Shown one piece after another: positions 35,889-44,718 of a stretch of 64,000 nt of DNA. The DNA lies in IMG/VR virus record IMGVR_UViG_3300032092_000024; one strand, written 5' to 3'. Each line of letters opens with the position of its first letter. Within the stretch, counting starts at the first letter, position 1. Below the pieces are notes generated by a model. That model was not told the DNA's origin and did not search any database. It was given only the letters and a program-made list of their open reading frames with translations. This stretch comes from an uncultured virus (IMG/VR IMGVR_UViG_3300032092_000024). Taxonomy: Duplodnaviria; Heunggongvirae; Uroviricota; Caudoviricetes. Position numbers and translations under genes: made by a program.

Positions 35889-38211
35889 AAACACGCCAGT
35901 ATCAAGCGGGGTTACCGACACGATCGACTACAAGATCGATGTGTCCAATCTCGGTCATATCGCCAGTATCCTACGCAAAGCTTACTCTGACCCGATCAGA
36001 GCGGTTGTGCGTGAATATGGCACCAATGCCTGCGAGGGTCACATCCTCAATGGTAAAACCAACAAGCCCATCCAAGTCTCGCTTCCGACTGGTATGAAGC
36101 CAGTCTTCACGATTCGTGACTTCGGCCCTGGACTTGGCAAAGAGAAGTTCCAAGAGTTGTTCTGCTCGTATGGTGGTAGCGACAAGCGGGCAAGCAACGC
36201 CTTCACGGGCTGTCTTGGTATCGGTTGCAAATCGTATGGTGCCTATACGGATGCCATCACGGTAACCGATTACAACGGAGTTACCCCCCACAAAGACGGA
36301 GTCAAGCGTATCTGGAATTGTCACATCGATGAGAGTGAGGTGGGCAAGGCATCGCTGTTAAGCGAGACCAAGACCAACGAACCCTCTGGTGTTGAGATCT
36401 CGATTCCAGTTCGGCCTCAAGACATTAGTAGATTCCGCGAAACTGCGATGCAAGTCTATCGTGTCTTTGATGTCCGTCCCGACATCGTTAACCTATCGCC
36501 AGAAGAGAAGAAAGCATATGCCACTCAGACATACAAGGATGGCATCATCAAAGGAATCAACTGGTCTTTCAATGGCGAAGGTAACAGCTGGCTCCAAATG
36601 GGTCTTGTGCTTTATCCGCTCAAGTCCGACTTCTCTGGCTCACCAGTAATCAAGCAGTTGATTGACGCTGGAGTCTACGTGAGGGTCGATCTTGGCGATG
36701 TCCAAGTCGCTCCGTCTCGTGAGGACTTGCAGTATTCGCAGAAGACAATCCAAGGCTTGGTCAAGCATCTCAATCCAGTCATTGACTCGATGGGGTCGAC
36801 CTTGCTTGCCGACATTCAAGCGGCTCCAGATTACTTCCAAGCTCACTTGATCTTGAGGAAGTTCACTGGCACTGGTGGATATAGTTCTTCCAGCTTCCGT
36901 GAAGGCATCGTCAAGAAGCTGAAAGGCAAGCTGAAGTGGAGGGGAATCGATATGCATGAGGATAATAGAATTCCTTTGTGTGCATCACCACTTGCGAAAG
37001 ACCAAACTGAAACCGAGTTACTTAAGTCTCACGGTATCAGCGTCATGCGTCTAAGCAAGCGAAGCTGGGGTAAGGCTAAGTTCAATGTTGATCGTGAGGT
37101 CGACGAACTGATGGTTAGCAAAGACTCAATCGTAATGGTCAACGATACTGGCACTGGTTCAGGTGAAGCTCGCGTTCGTCACTGGCTGATAAACGGCGGG
37201 CCATCTGGAGCAGATGTAACTATCATCAACTACAAAAACGGTGGCAAGGAGTTCCTTAACAAGACTCTCCCGTGGTTTGTAACGATGACATTCCAACAGG
37301 TGTCGTCTCTGCCCGTGCCACCACCGAAACAGAAAGGCGTAGATGCCGACGGAGTTGAGATTGAATACGACAAGAATGTCAAGCACACCAAGGGGAATGT
37401 GTTTGGCTTGCTTGTCAAGTATCAACGCGCAGACAAGCGTAGTGACTATTGGGGAATCTCCGCAGCACCTACGACTGGCAAGAAAGTCTACGTAACACTC
37501 GACCAATTCAAGTGGTCAATGCCTGGTAAGGACTTGGAGATGGAGGAGTATTACCCTCTGTATCGAGCAAGAGATTACTTGAAGGCAATCGGCTATTGTG
37601 ATCAAGTCTATGGCGTGAAGGAAGCTGATATCGCCAAGAAGGTTGATGCAACTTGGACTAAATTACAGGATGCAATCGAGGAGGGGACAAGAGCCTTCAT
37701 CAAGGCTAACCCTGACAAGGCTCAGAAGATTGCTGATCGTTATGCTGTCTTGAGTTTCTTCAACGCTCGAAGGTCATACGACAGCGATCGGCTTAGGAAA
37801 GAAGGCTGCTTCTTTGAGCGATGCTCGCTTGGTCGTTGGGCAAATTCCAAGATTGGTCCACTCAAAGACGTCAAATCCGACAGCCCATTCCGAATCTTTA
37901 TGGATAAGGTTATGGAGATGGTTGGAGGATGCTTAGAAGAAGGAGATAAAGACTTGCCAGTCTGGCTTGAAGAGCCGAGGAATACTTGGGCTCTTGGCCG
38001 ATCAAACACCGATGATAAGAAGAGTGTATATCAACAACTCAAAGCGTTGTTGCCTAAACCTTCTTATGATCTAAAAGTCGAGGGAACTAAAATAGCTTCG
38101 AGGTATCCATTACTTTGCCACAGTAACTGGCAATCAGATGTAATGGAATATCCAACCGAACACACTGTCGAGTATGTGCATCTTGTAGATGCAGCTCGCA
38201 AAACAAAATAA
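35869..38211 (+). CDS. rIIA: RIIA-like protein (N-terminal GHKL ATPase)
   Basis: YSDPIRAVVREY..NA...H, IRDFGPGL, S.KR, G.LGIG.KS; followed by rIIB. Confidence 0.85.
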   Translation: MIITSSRNTPVSSGVTDTIDYKIDVSNLGHIASILRKAYSDPIRAVVREYGTNACEGHILNGKTNKPIQVSLPTGMKPVFTIRDFGPGLGKEKFQELFCSYGGSDKRASNAFTGCLGIGCKSYGAYTDAITVTDYNGVTPHKDGVKRIWNCHIDESEVGKASLLSETKTNEPSGVEISIPVRPQDISRFRETAMQVYRVFDVRPDIVNLSPEEKKAYATQTYKDGIIKGINWSFNGEGNSWLQMGLVLYPLKSDFSGSPVIKQLIDAGVYVRVDLGDVQVAPSREDLQYSQKTIQGLVKHLNPVIDSMGSTLLADIQAAPDYFQAHLILRKFTGTGGYSSSSFREGIVKKLKGKLKWRGIDMHEDNRIPLCASPLAKDQTETELLKSHGISVMRLSKRSWGKAKFNVDREVDELMVSKDSIVMVNDTGTGSGEARVRHWLINGGPSGADVTIINYKNGGKEFLNKTLPWFVTMTFQQVSSLPVPPPKQKGVDADGVEIEYDKNVKHTKGNVFGLLVKYQRADKRSDYWGISAAPTTGKKVYVTLDQFKWSMPGKDLEMEEYYPLYRARDYLKAIGYCDQVYGVKEADIAKKVDATWTKLQDAIEEGTRAFIKANPDKAQKIADRYAVLSFFNARRSYDSDRLRKEGCFFERCSLGRWANSKIGPLKDVKSDSPFRIFMDKVMEMVGGCLEEGDKDLPVWLEEPRNTWALGRSNTDDKKSVYQQLKALLPKPSYDLKVEGTKIASRYPLLCHSNWQSDVMEYPTEHTVEYVHLVDAARKTK

Positions 38212-38233
38212 AAAACGAAAGGACACAGTAAGT

Positions 38234-39085
38234 ATGAACTACATCATAACTGACGAAACAATAACAGCGGTCATCAACGGGAAGTCTTACACTCTCCGTC
38301 GTGACCACGCAAATGCAAAGATGGTAATTAACGCGATCGCAGAAGGTCGCGCGGAGGGTGACATCGAGGAATTGATGGACATCACCAAGGCACTCAATGC
38401 GTACCTTGGAAACTCCGTTGAAGTCAAAGACGGTTCGGTGTATCACCGCGGTGAGATCGTTGACGAGCGTATTGCCAGGCGAATCCTCGCCTTTATGGAG
38501 GAGAGTCTACCAGTGGAACCGATGACTCGGTTCTTGGAGAATCTCTACAACAACCCGAGCCACAATAGTCGCGCTCAACTCTACCAGTTCTTGGAGCACA
38601 AGAACATGCCTCTTACTGAAGATGGCTGTTTCTTGGCCTACAAGTCGGTTGACCAAGACTATATGGACCACCACACTGGCAAGTTCTCTAACCGAGTCGG
38701 CCAGGTGTTGAGCATCGCTCGTCGCAGTGTGGACGACAATCCCGAGAACGGATGTTCTTACGGATTCCACGCTGGCTCGCTCGAGTACGCCAGCAACTTC
38801 GGTGGTGGCGATCGTCGGGTCGTGATCGTCAAGATCAACCCCGAGGATGTGGTATCGGTGCCCAATGACTGCGGGTTCCAGAAGCTTCGTACTTCCAAGT
38901 ACGAAGTTGTTGCGGACTACACGGGGCCGTTGCCCAAGACGTACGCAGAAACGTACGACTCCACCGAGGACGACATCTACGATGAGGAAGATGTTGAGAC
39001 TGATGAAACTGACAGCGATGACAGCCTTGTCACGGCCATCCGTGCCGCGGCTCATCAGTTGCTTGACGCAGTATCGAATCGCTAA
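38234..39085 (+). CDS. rIIB: RIIB-like protein
   Basis: DGCFLAYK.V, CSYGFH.G...Y, VKINP.DVVSVP.D...KLR..KYEVV. Confidence 0.9.
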   Translation: MNYIITDETITAVINGKSYTLRRDHANAKMVINAIAEGRAEGDIEELMDITKALNAYLGNSVEVKDGSVYHRGEIVDERIARRILAFMEESLPVEPMTRFLENLYNNPSHNSRAQLYQFLEHKNMPLTEDGCFLAYKSVDQDYMDHHTGKFSNRVGQVLSIARRSVDDNPENGCSYGFHAGSLEYASNFGGGDRRVVIVKINPEDVVSVPNDCGFQKLRTSKYEVVADYTGPLPKTYAETYDSTEDDIYDEEDVETDETDSDDSLVTAIRAAAHQLLDAVSNR

Positions 39086-39091
39086 CCATTC

Positions 39092-39120
39092 GGGGCGGGT
39101 GGGCAAATCCCACTCGCCCC
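39092..39120 (+). other. Strong intergenic hairpin without U-tract
   Basis: GGGGCGGGTGGG-CAAAT-CCCACTCGCCCC after the rIIB stop. Confidence 0.55.
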
Positions 39121-39135
39121 ATCTGAAAGGAAATT

Positions 39136-39375
39136 ATGATCTACACGAAAAAAGAATTGAGAGACAGGGTTGCTGCTATGGACTCGAAGGAAATCTGCTA
39201 CGCCTTGATTTGGACGCAAGATGAATTCGATGGTTATTTCAATGACCAACAGATTAGCAAAAGTGATTGGGAGTCCGCGCTTAGTAGCATTGATTCCGAA
39301 AGCGAAGAACAATCTGTCAAAGAAAATATCGAAATGGAAATCCAAAACCTAATTGATGAAAAGGAGACTGCATGA
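39136..39375 (+). CDS. Early acidic hypothetical protein
   Basis: GAAAGGA SD. Confidence 0.5.
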   Translation: MIYTKKELRDRVAAMDSKEICYALIWTQDEFDGYFNDQQISKSDWESALSSIDSESEEQSVKENIEMEIQNLIDEKETA

Positions 39376-39647
39376 TTGAAGTCGAATATAAAGGTAAACA
39401 AGCCAAAAATATAGCGGGGACTAAGTCCCCCTATGGATTAGGCTGGCACAAAGAGGATGCGTCCATCATCGAATCATTGAAGCTTCGAGGCGGAGATGCC
39501 ACGATACTTCTACCCGAATGGTGCGAGGCAACTGGATTGGACAGCAATAGCAATCTGGTTCGCAAGGAACGATTCGAAGGTAAGAAACCCTGGAGTCAAA
39601 AAGATGAGAACAAAAAAATCTACACTCGTGAGCTCAGACTTGCTTAA
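39372..39647 (+). CDS. Early hypothetical protein
   Basis: AAGGAG SD, ATGA coupling. Confidence 0.45.
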   Translation: MIEVEYKGKQAKNIAGTKSPYGLGWHKEDASIIESLKLRGGDATILLPEWCEATGLDSNSNLVRKERFEGKKPWSQKDENKKIYTRELRLA

Positions 39648-40470
39648 ACTTAATCGCGGTAACGCGAAGCTGGGGCGAGACATCTGGACGTTCAGCCTAC
39701 CCGCAGGGTTCTCCTGCCCAGGCGCGCTGGAGTGTTTGTCCAAAGCCAATCGAGAGACGGGCAAGATCACGGACGGTGCCGACACCAAGTTCCGTTGCTT
39801 TGCCGCATCCGACGAGGCTCAGTACAAGAACACGCGGTTGCAGAGGTGGCACAACTTCGAGTTGCTGAAAGGCAAATCGACAGCCGAGATGTCCGAACTG
39901 ATTCAAGCAAGTCTCCCAAGACAAGCTGGTATCATTCGGGTTCACGTATCGGGTGACTTCTTCAACCAGTTCTACTTCGATGCGTGGATGCATGTGGCCA
40001 GATGCCAGCCACTCCGCACCTTCTACGCCTATACCAAAAGCTTACCCTTCTGGGTTAGACGTATTGGGGACATCCCAAAGAACTTCGCCCTTAACGCAAG
40101 TCGAGGCGGGGCACACGATGAACTGATCGCCAAGCACGACCTTAAGTATGCAGAGGTTGTGTACAGCTACGAAGAAGCGAAGGCCAAGAGACTGGAGATT
40201 GACCACGACGACAGCCATGCTTACAAGTCTGGCAAGCCGTTCGCGTTGCTCATCCACGGGACACAGCCCGCGGGTAGCATCGCGGCTAAGTCGTTGTCTG
40301 CCCTTCGCAAGATCGGGTGGACAGGTTACAGCAGGAAGGTGGCGTTGGCCTTGATGATTGCCAATCTATGCATTGACGCAGTTCCCTATGAGTTCTGGCC
40401 CGTGTGGGCCAGGCCCGGGAATGAGTGGATAATCAAGCATCGAGTTCTGACTTGTCAGAACCACGCGTGA
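39604..40470 (+). CDS. Gp88-like (radical-SAM-related) protein
   Basis: GNAKL, FSLPAG.SCP...C...CFA, RVHVSGDF, YAYTK. Start uncertain. Confidence 0.7.
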   Translation: MRTKKSTLVSSDLLKLNRGNAKLGRDIWTFSLPAGFSCPGALECLSKANRETGKITDGADTKFRCFAASDEAQYKNTRLQRWHNFELLKGKSTAEMSELIQASLPRQAGIIRVHVSGDFFNQFYFDAWMHVARCQPLRTFYAYTKSLPFWVRRIGDIPKNFALNASRGGAHDELIAKHDLKYAEVVYSYEEAKAKRLEIDHDDSHAYKSGKPFALLIHGTQPAGSIAAKSLSALRKIGWTGYSRKVALALMIANLCIDAVPYEFWPVWARPGNEWIIKHRVLTCQNHA

Positions 40471-40479
40471 AAGGAATAT

Positions 40480-40698
40480 ATGAGTCTAATAAATAGAGCA
40501 TCAGTTAAGCGGTCGGCTCTGGACATGGCGAATGCCAAGTTCAAGGAGCGTAATAAGACGAGGCTGGAAATGGGGCTTGCCCCTACGAAGTCTGCCCCGT
40601 CGAGAGTTAGTAGTGAGTTCATCGATACCTTCGAAGCCAAGGTCATTGGCTTGTTGGGTTCTATGGTTCACGAACACAAGTCAGGAGCAACACTATGA
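40480..40698 (+). CDS. Putative histone-fold protein
   Basis: LIN...VK..AL ... RVS.EFID.....V..L....V......TL pattern. Confidence 0.45.
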   Translation: MSLINRASVKRSALDMANAKFKERNKTRLEMGLAPTKSAPSRVSSEFIDTFEAKVIGLLGSMVHEHKSGATL

Positions 40699-40855
40699 GT
40701 AAAACAAAAACAATAACACCAAGGATGGTTGAGGATTGGTTAATAGAAATGGATGATGTCTATTACATTTTAGCCGATATAGCCAATGGCAAAATCAAAC
40801 CATCAGAGTTAAAGTCAGACATTTCAATCTATATAGATAACGAAAGGAGCTCACG

Positions 40856-41080
40856 ATGAATTGTTATTGTATTACAAAACCAACGGAACAAAAGTTCTTG
40901 TCAATCGACGAGAAGTGGGTGGACTTTATCACGGGTATCCGTAATGACTCCATCCGAGGCTATACCTCTGAGGAGATGGAAGCCTTGAACAACGATGCAA
41001 CGAAGCATGGAGGCGAGGTGCGACAGCATCCGTCTCCCGACGGAGTCACACTCCCCTTGTTTTATGACTGGGGTACGTGA
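40856..41080 (+). CDS. Early hypothetical protein
   Basis: AAGGAG SD. Confidence 0.45.
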   Translation: MNCYCITKPTEQKFLSIDEKWVDFITGIRNDSIRGYTSEEMEALNNDATKHGGEVRQHPSPDGVTLPLFYDWGT

Positions 41081-41702
41081 AGTATTTGAGGGACTGAAGT
41101 CCCGAGAGGTCAGCCGTTACGTCAACTACTGGGACAAGATTAAGCCCAAGTCCCGCAGTGACGAGTGGCGCTTCTGGGTCTTCTCGATTCTCGCAGCCAA
41201 CTTCGGTTGGAAGCAGAACGTGAAGGCATTTAACGCAATCAAAGACCGCGACTCGTGGAAGTCCGATATGGGTAAGCTACAGTTCGAGCTGTACAAAACC
41301 AAGACTGGACTGTGGAGGACGAAAGCCGTGAGCATCTGGAAGTTTGACCAGATGTTCCAGGCCAAGCCCCACATCTTCGAGCGCTATGCCAACGAGCCGT
41401 TGACGCAATACCGTGATAGGATTGCGGACAACGTCCCAGGATTGGCGATTGCAAAGTCGAGCTTCTATGTGGAGATGAAGCACCACGAAGAGTCAGACGT
41501 TGTCTGTCTCGATCGTCGTGTGCTGAAGTCCATCCACAAGAGGGAAAGAACAGTGAACAGGACTGATTATCTCGCGCTTGAGAACGAGTGGCAGACCTGC
41601 TCAAAGGAATACGGTATCCCAGTGGCTACCGCCAGGTTCATCTGGTGGGATAAGTTGCAGGGGTATAAAAATAGTCGGTACTGGAGTGAGGCATTAGAAT
41701 GA
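41064..41702 (+). CDS. HhH-GPD DNA glycosylase, Ogg2-like
   Basis: FSILAAN, HhH-like NVPGLAIAKSS, VCLDRR, YL.LE, FIWW. Confidence 0.6.
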   Translation: MTGVREVFEGLKSREVSRYVNYWDKIKPKSRSDEWRFWVFSILAANFGWKQNVKAFNAIKDRDSWKSDMGKLQFELYKTKTGLWRTKAVSIWKFDQMFQAKPHIFERYANEPLTQYRDRIADNVPGLAIAKSSFYVEMKHHEESDVVCLDRRVLKSIHKRERTVNRTDYLALENEWQTCSKEYGIPVATARFIWWDKLQGYKNSRYWSEALE

Positions 41703-41917
41703 CAACAACAATCAATGGTTCATTTGTCTGGGGCGCAGACGATAGTCTCTTTGAGATTAAGTTTGACGCAGATGTGGACAAACAAGAGAAGGTGGTTACT
41801 TCGATGCATTTGCATCTGAAGCCAGATCACTTAGATAGAATCCTGCAAGACGTATATAAGACAGGCGAACGAGAAGCCCTTCGGTTAGCGTTGAAGCAGG
41901 AGGCTAATGAAAGTTAA
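41699..41917 (+). CDS. Early hypothetical protein
   Basis: ATGA coupling. Confidence 0.45.
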   Translation: MTTTINGSFVWGADDSLFEIKFDADVDKQEKVVTSMHLHLKPDHLDRILQDVYKTGEREALRLALKQEANES

Positions 41918-42111
41918 TAAAGTAATTCGATTCATCATATTGATTCTATATACTGTGTTCCTTGTGAACGGAGTATTGGTGACTGGAACGGGTGTATTCT
42001 ATGGCGTCTGCTATTTATATACCTCAACGATTAAGAAGGTGTGTAACAAAATTAACCCGATGATTCGGGTCTAAAAGTTCTCACCTATCCACGTTTCGAA
42101 GTCATCTAATT

Positions 42112-42221
42112 TATTCCCGAGTTCCCCAGGGGTGATGATACCGAGAGAACAAGCACGCGCAAATTGTAAAATATCCGTGACTTGTTCTGGAAGTATCGCC
42201 AACTCTGGGGACTCGGGAATA
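42112..42221. other. 110-nt imperfect long hairpin
   Basis: TATTCCCGAG(T)TCCCCAG / CTGGGGACTCGGGAATA outer arms; AGAACAAG-CACG / CGTG-A-CTTGTTCT inner arms. Confidence 0.65.
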
Positions 42222-42336
42222 TTTTTTGTCACAATTTTATCCTTCTACCTATAAGTATACACACAGTTTTAATAATTGAAAGCGTGACGAGGCACGTAAG
42301 CCAAATAATATCACGCTTTGTGTTCCTCATTTTCCC

Positions 42337-42381
42337 ATTTTGTCCCAGCCATATTGACTTGGCAAGCCCGCCAGTCAGCAT
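42337..42381. promoter_or_regulatory. Overlapping divergent leaderless-type promoters
   Basis: Plus: TTGACT-16-CAGCAT-6-GTG(42388). Minus: TTGCCA-17-CAAAAT-6-ATG(42330). Confidence 0.5.
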
Positions 42382-42387
42382 TGAATT

Positions 42388-42648
42388 GTGCCAAAGAAGC
42401 TAGCAGAAGCAAAGTTTAACGAACTTTCCGAACAGTTCCTCCGTGTATTACTCGCCGCAGCTGCGGTCGATGGTAAATCGGAAGAGCTGGTTATTACCCG
42501 CAAGGCTTTCCATGATCTCCATCAGAAATTAAAGGATGGCTACAATCCAGAGATAGATGTTTGGTTTGAAGACAATGAGCTTCACATTGCTTTAGCCTGG
42601 AGCGAAGTTCCGATTATCGGTTTTAGAAAAATTCGTGGCCAAAAATAA
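42388..42648 (+). CDS. Hypothetical protein
   Basis: ORF with its own promoter. Confidence 0.5.
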   Translation: MPKKLAEAKFNELSEQFLRVLLAAAAVDGKSEELVITRKAFHDLHQKLKDGYNPEIDVWFEDNELHIALAWSEVPIIGFRKIRGQK

Positions 42649-42756
42649 AAAGAAAAAGGTTAAGAGCTTGATCGATCACTCGCATCGACCACGCCAGGGC
42701 CTGCTCGACAAGGTTGCCAAGCTGGCGTTATACCACAAGAATTAGTGCCTGGGGTA

Positions 42757-42897
42757 TTAATACTTACCCAATCCCCGACCCGTGTTAGAAACCTTAGGCA
42801 TTACGTAAGGCTTTTTCTTTTCAATCTTAAGGGAAGGCGACTTGTCAGTCGGCATCTTTGCGTTCTTTTGGTTTAAGTTGATAGAGTAGTTCTTCAT
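42757..42897 (-). CDS. Small basic protein ending GLGKY
   Basis: ATG 42897 directly after the upstream stop. Confidence 0.5.
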   Translation of the reverse strand: MKNYSINLNQKNAKMPTDKSPSLKIEKKKPYVMPKVSNTGRGLGKY

Positions 42898-42898
42898 A

Positions 42899-43114
42899 TT
42901 ATTTACCTTTCGATTTACCGGCTGCGCGGGTAGATTGCTCTGCCACAATAGAGTCATATTCAGCCATCCTCTTTCTGGCCGTGCCGGCGGGAGCTCTCCC
43001 CATCTGCTCATCTAGCTCAGCATATTCAGCTGCTCGCTGAGCCGCTATTTTACGCTTTTCGTACTCAGCATATAGTTCGCTGGTATTAGCAGATACATTT
43101 TTTCCTAGAGGCAT
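42899..43114 (-). CDS. Small protein starting MPLGK
   Basis: AGGAG SD; MPLGKNVSANTSELY. Confidence 0.6.
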   Translation of the reverse strand: MPLGKNVSANTSELYAEYEKRKIAAQRAAEYAELDEQMGRAPAGTARKRMAEYDSIVAEQSTRAAGKSKGK

Positions 43115-43126
43115 ATGATTAAACTC

Positions 43127-44485
43127 CTAGTCTTTTCGTCCCGTATACATGGTTTGGTTATAGGCTTCAACACCTGGCCGAATTCCAAGTTTTCCTCTGA
43201 GAGCAACAACTTTTTCAGCTGCTTTACGTGCAGCTTTTTTATCAATTTGTTGGGCGCGGCCAAATCTAGTCGTACTAAACTTTCTAAAATCTGCTTCCGC
43301 TTGGGCGAGATCTGATCGGGTTCGAGCGAGATCTGCTTTTGCTTTGTCCTCAGCTGTGAATCCTCTCCGACTCCCTCCAGTGTTCGGTGCGGTTGGTCGT
43401 GTAGTATCGGGAGTAACGCCAGCTGAAGCGAGAAGATTGTCGACTTCGGCAGCTGGGTTATAAGCGTCAGCTGAAGTATAAGTAGGAACTTCTACTGGTA
43501 AAACAGGTTGTTTCTGGGCTTGCGTATAAGGTTGTACACTATCCTCTGCAACTTGTGTTTGCTCAATAGGAGTAGGAGCTGGTTCGTTACCCGCCATTGG
43601 AGTTGGTTCAGGTGCGGCAGTAACAGGGACAGTCGGAGTTATGGGGGCAGCAGGAGTTATTGAAGCAGGTGTTTCAGCTACCTTTGCTGGCGCAAAAGTA
43701 AACGAAGGCCCTAGCTTAAGTCTCTCGCGCATTGCGGCTCGTTGTGAACTCGTCAACTCATTGGAGCGGGTATAGCGACCAGTCGCAGAATCCCACGCCC
43801 ATCCATTTTCGGCCGCTTGTGCTGTGCGTTCACGCTTGTCCAAAGCTTTATTAATAGTTTGTATTGCGTTGTTAGTCGCCATTTGCGATTTTTCTTTTGG
43901 AGAAGCCATGGCCCATTGGCTCAATGACCCTGGGGCCTGGTTATAAGCTTCAATTCGTCGTGCCTGTTCCTCTGCTGTGGACGCAGGGCGATTGGTCATA
44001 ATAGGGCGACCAAAATAATCTTTTCCAAGTTCGGTAAGAGTGGAGGGGGCGTTGCTTTCATTTCTCCATCCCTCCATTTTACGCATGAAATCTTTTGCCC
44101 TATACTCAGCATCATCTTGAGCCATCTGTTCCATTTTCTGTTTGCTAATTGCTTCTTTTTCTTTTTGTTTGACTGATGCTTCTGCCATTTTTTCTTCAGC
44201 AGATTTTGTTCTAAATAAGTCAAGCAATATATTAAGTCTTCTTGTTTTCTCTTCTTCTCTAGACTGTCTTTCTTTCTCTTTTGCGTCACTCTCTACTTTA
44301 TTAGCTATATCTTGTGCTGTTTTTTCTCCGGACGACAAAGCCCGGTTTTCTCCAAATTTTGAAGCCTCGTCAAGAAGCTCTTTATTTGCTGGCGAATAGA
44401 CTCCTCCGAAAAAAGGATTGTCTAAATACTCCATCGGGGTATTAAAACCTCTTGTAGCCGAGGAGGGAAAAAGGTAATTTGCCAT
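43127..44485 (-). CDS. Low-complexity internal virion/ejection-like protein
   Basis: 452 aa, A/E/K/P/T-rich; promoter TTGACC-17-TAATAT at 44521-44493. Confidence 0.5.
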   Translation of the reverse strand: MANYLFPSSATRGFNTPMEYLDNPFFGGVYSPANKELLDEASKFGENRALSSGEKTAQDIANKVESDAKEKERQSREEEKTRRLNILLDLFRTKSAEEKMAEASVKQKEKEAISKQKMEQMAQDDAEYRAKDFMRKMEGWRNESNAPSTLTELGKDYFGRPIMTNRPASTAEEQARRIEAYNQAPGSLSQWAMASPKEKSQMATNNAIQTINKALDKRERTAQAAENGWAWDSATGRYTRSNELTSSQRAAMRERLKLGPSFTFAPAKVAETPASITPAAPITPTVPVTAAPEPTPMAGNEPAPTPIEQTQVAEDSVQPYTQAQKQPVLPVEVPTYTSADAYNPAAEVDNLLASAGVTPDTTRPTAPNTGGSRRGFTAEDKAKADLARTRSDLAQAEADFRKFSTTRFGRAQQIDKKAARKAAEKVVALRGKLGIRPGVEAYNQTMYTGRKD

Positions 44486-44517
44486 GGTTTTTATATTACA
44501 AATTTAGGTTGAGTAGG

Positions 44518-44718
44518 TCAAGGCTTCTTCTCTAGAATGTCCTCAACGCCGTCCGAATCTTTGTCCTTAAAGTTTGAGGGATCGCGGGTAAAGATCTTCT
44601 TGGCTAACATGTACTTCTCTTCGGCAGACATCTCTGTCCACGATTCGGTCTTACCCCTTGGCTTCCAGAGGATTAGGATTACTACTATCCCAACAAAAAA
44701 TATAACGGGCCAGAACAT
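44518..44718 (-). CDS. Small membrane-anchored protein
   Basis: N-terminal TM; C-terminal DKDSDGVED Ca-binding-like loop. Confidence 0.5.
   Translation of the reverse strand: MFWPVIFFVGIVVILILWKPRGKTESWTEMSAEEKYMLAKKIFTRDPSNFKDKDSDGVEDILEKKP

Noticed and set aside
28652..42917. General avoidance of all palindromes in the early region
   Set aside because: GATC, GGCC, GCGC, CCWGG, TCGA and GAATTC all occur there, so the depletion is motif-specific.
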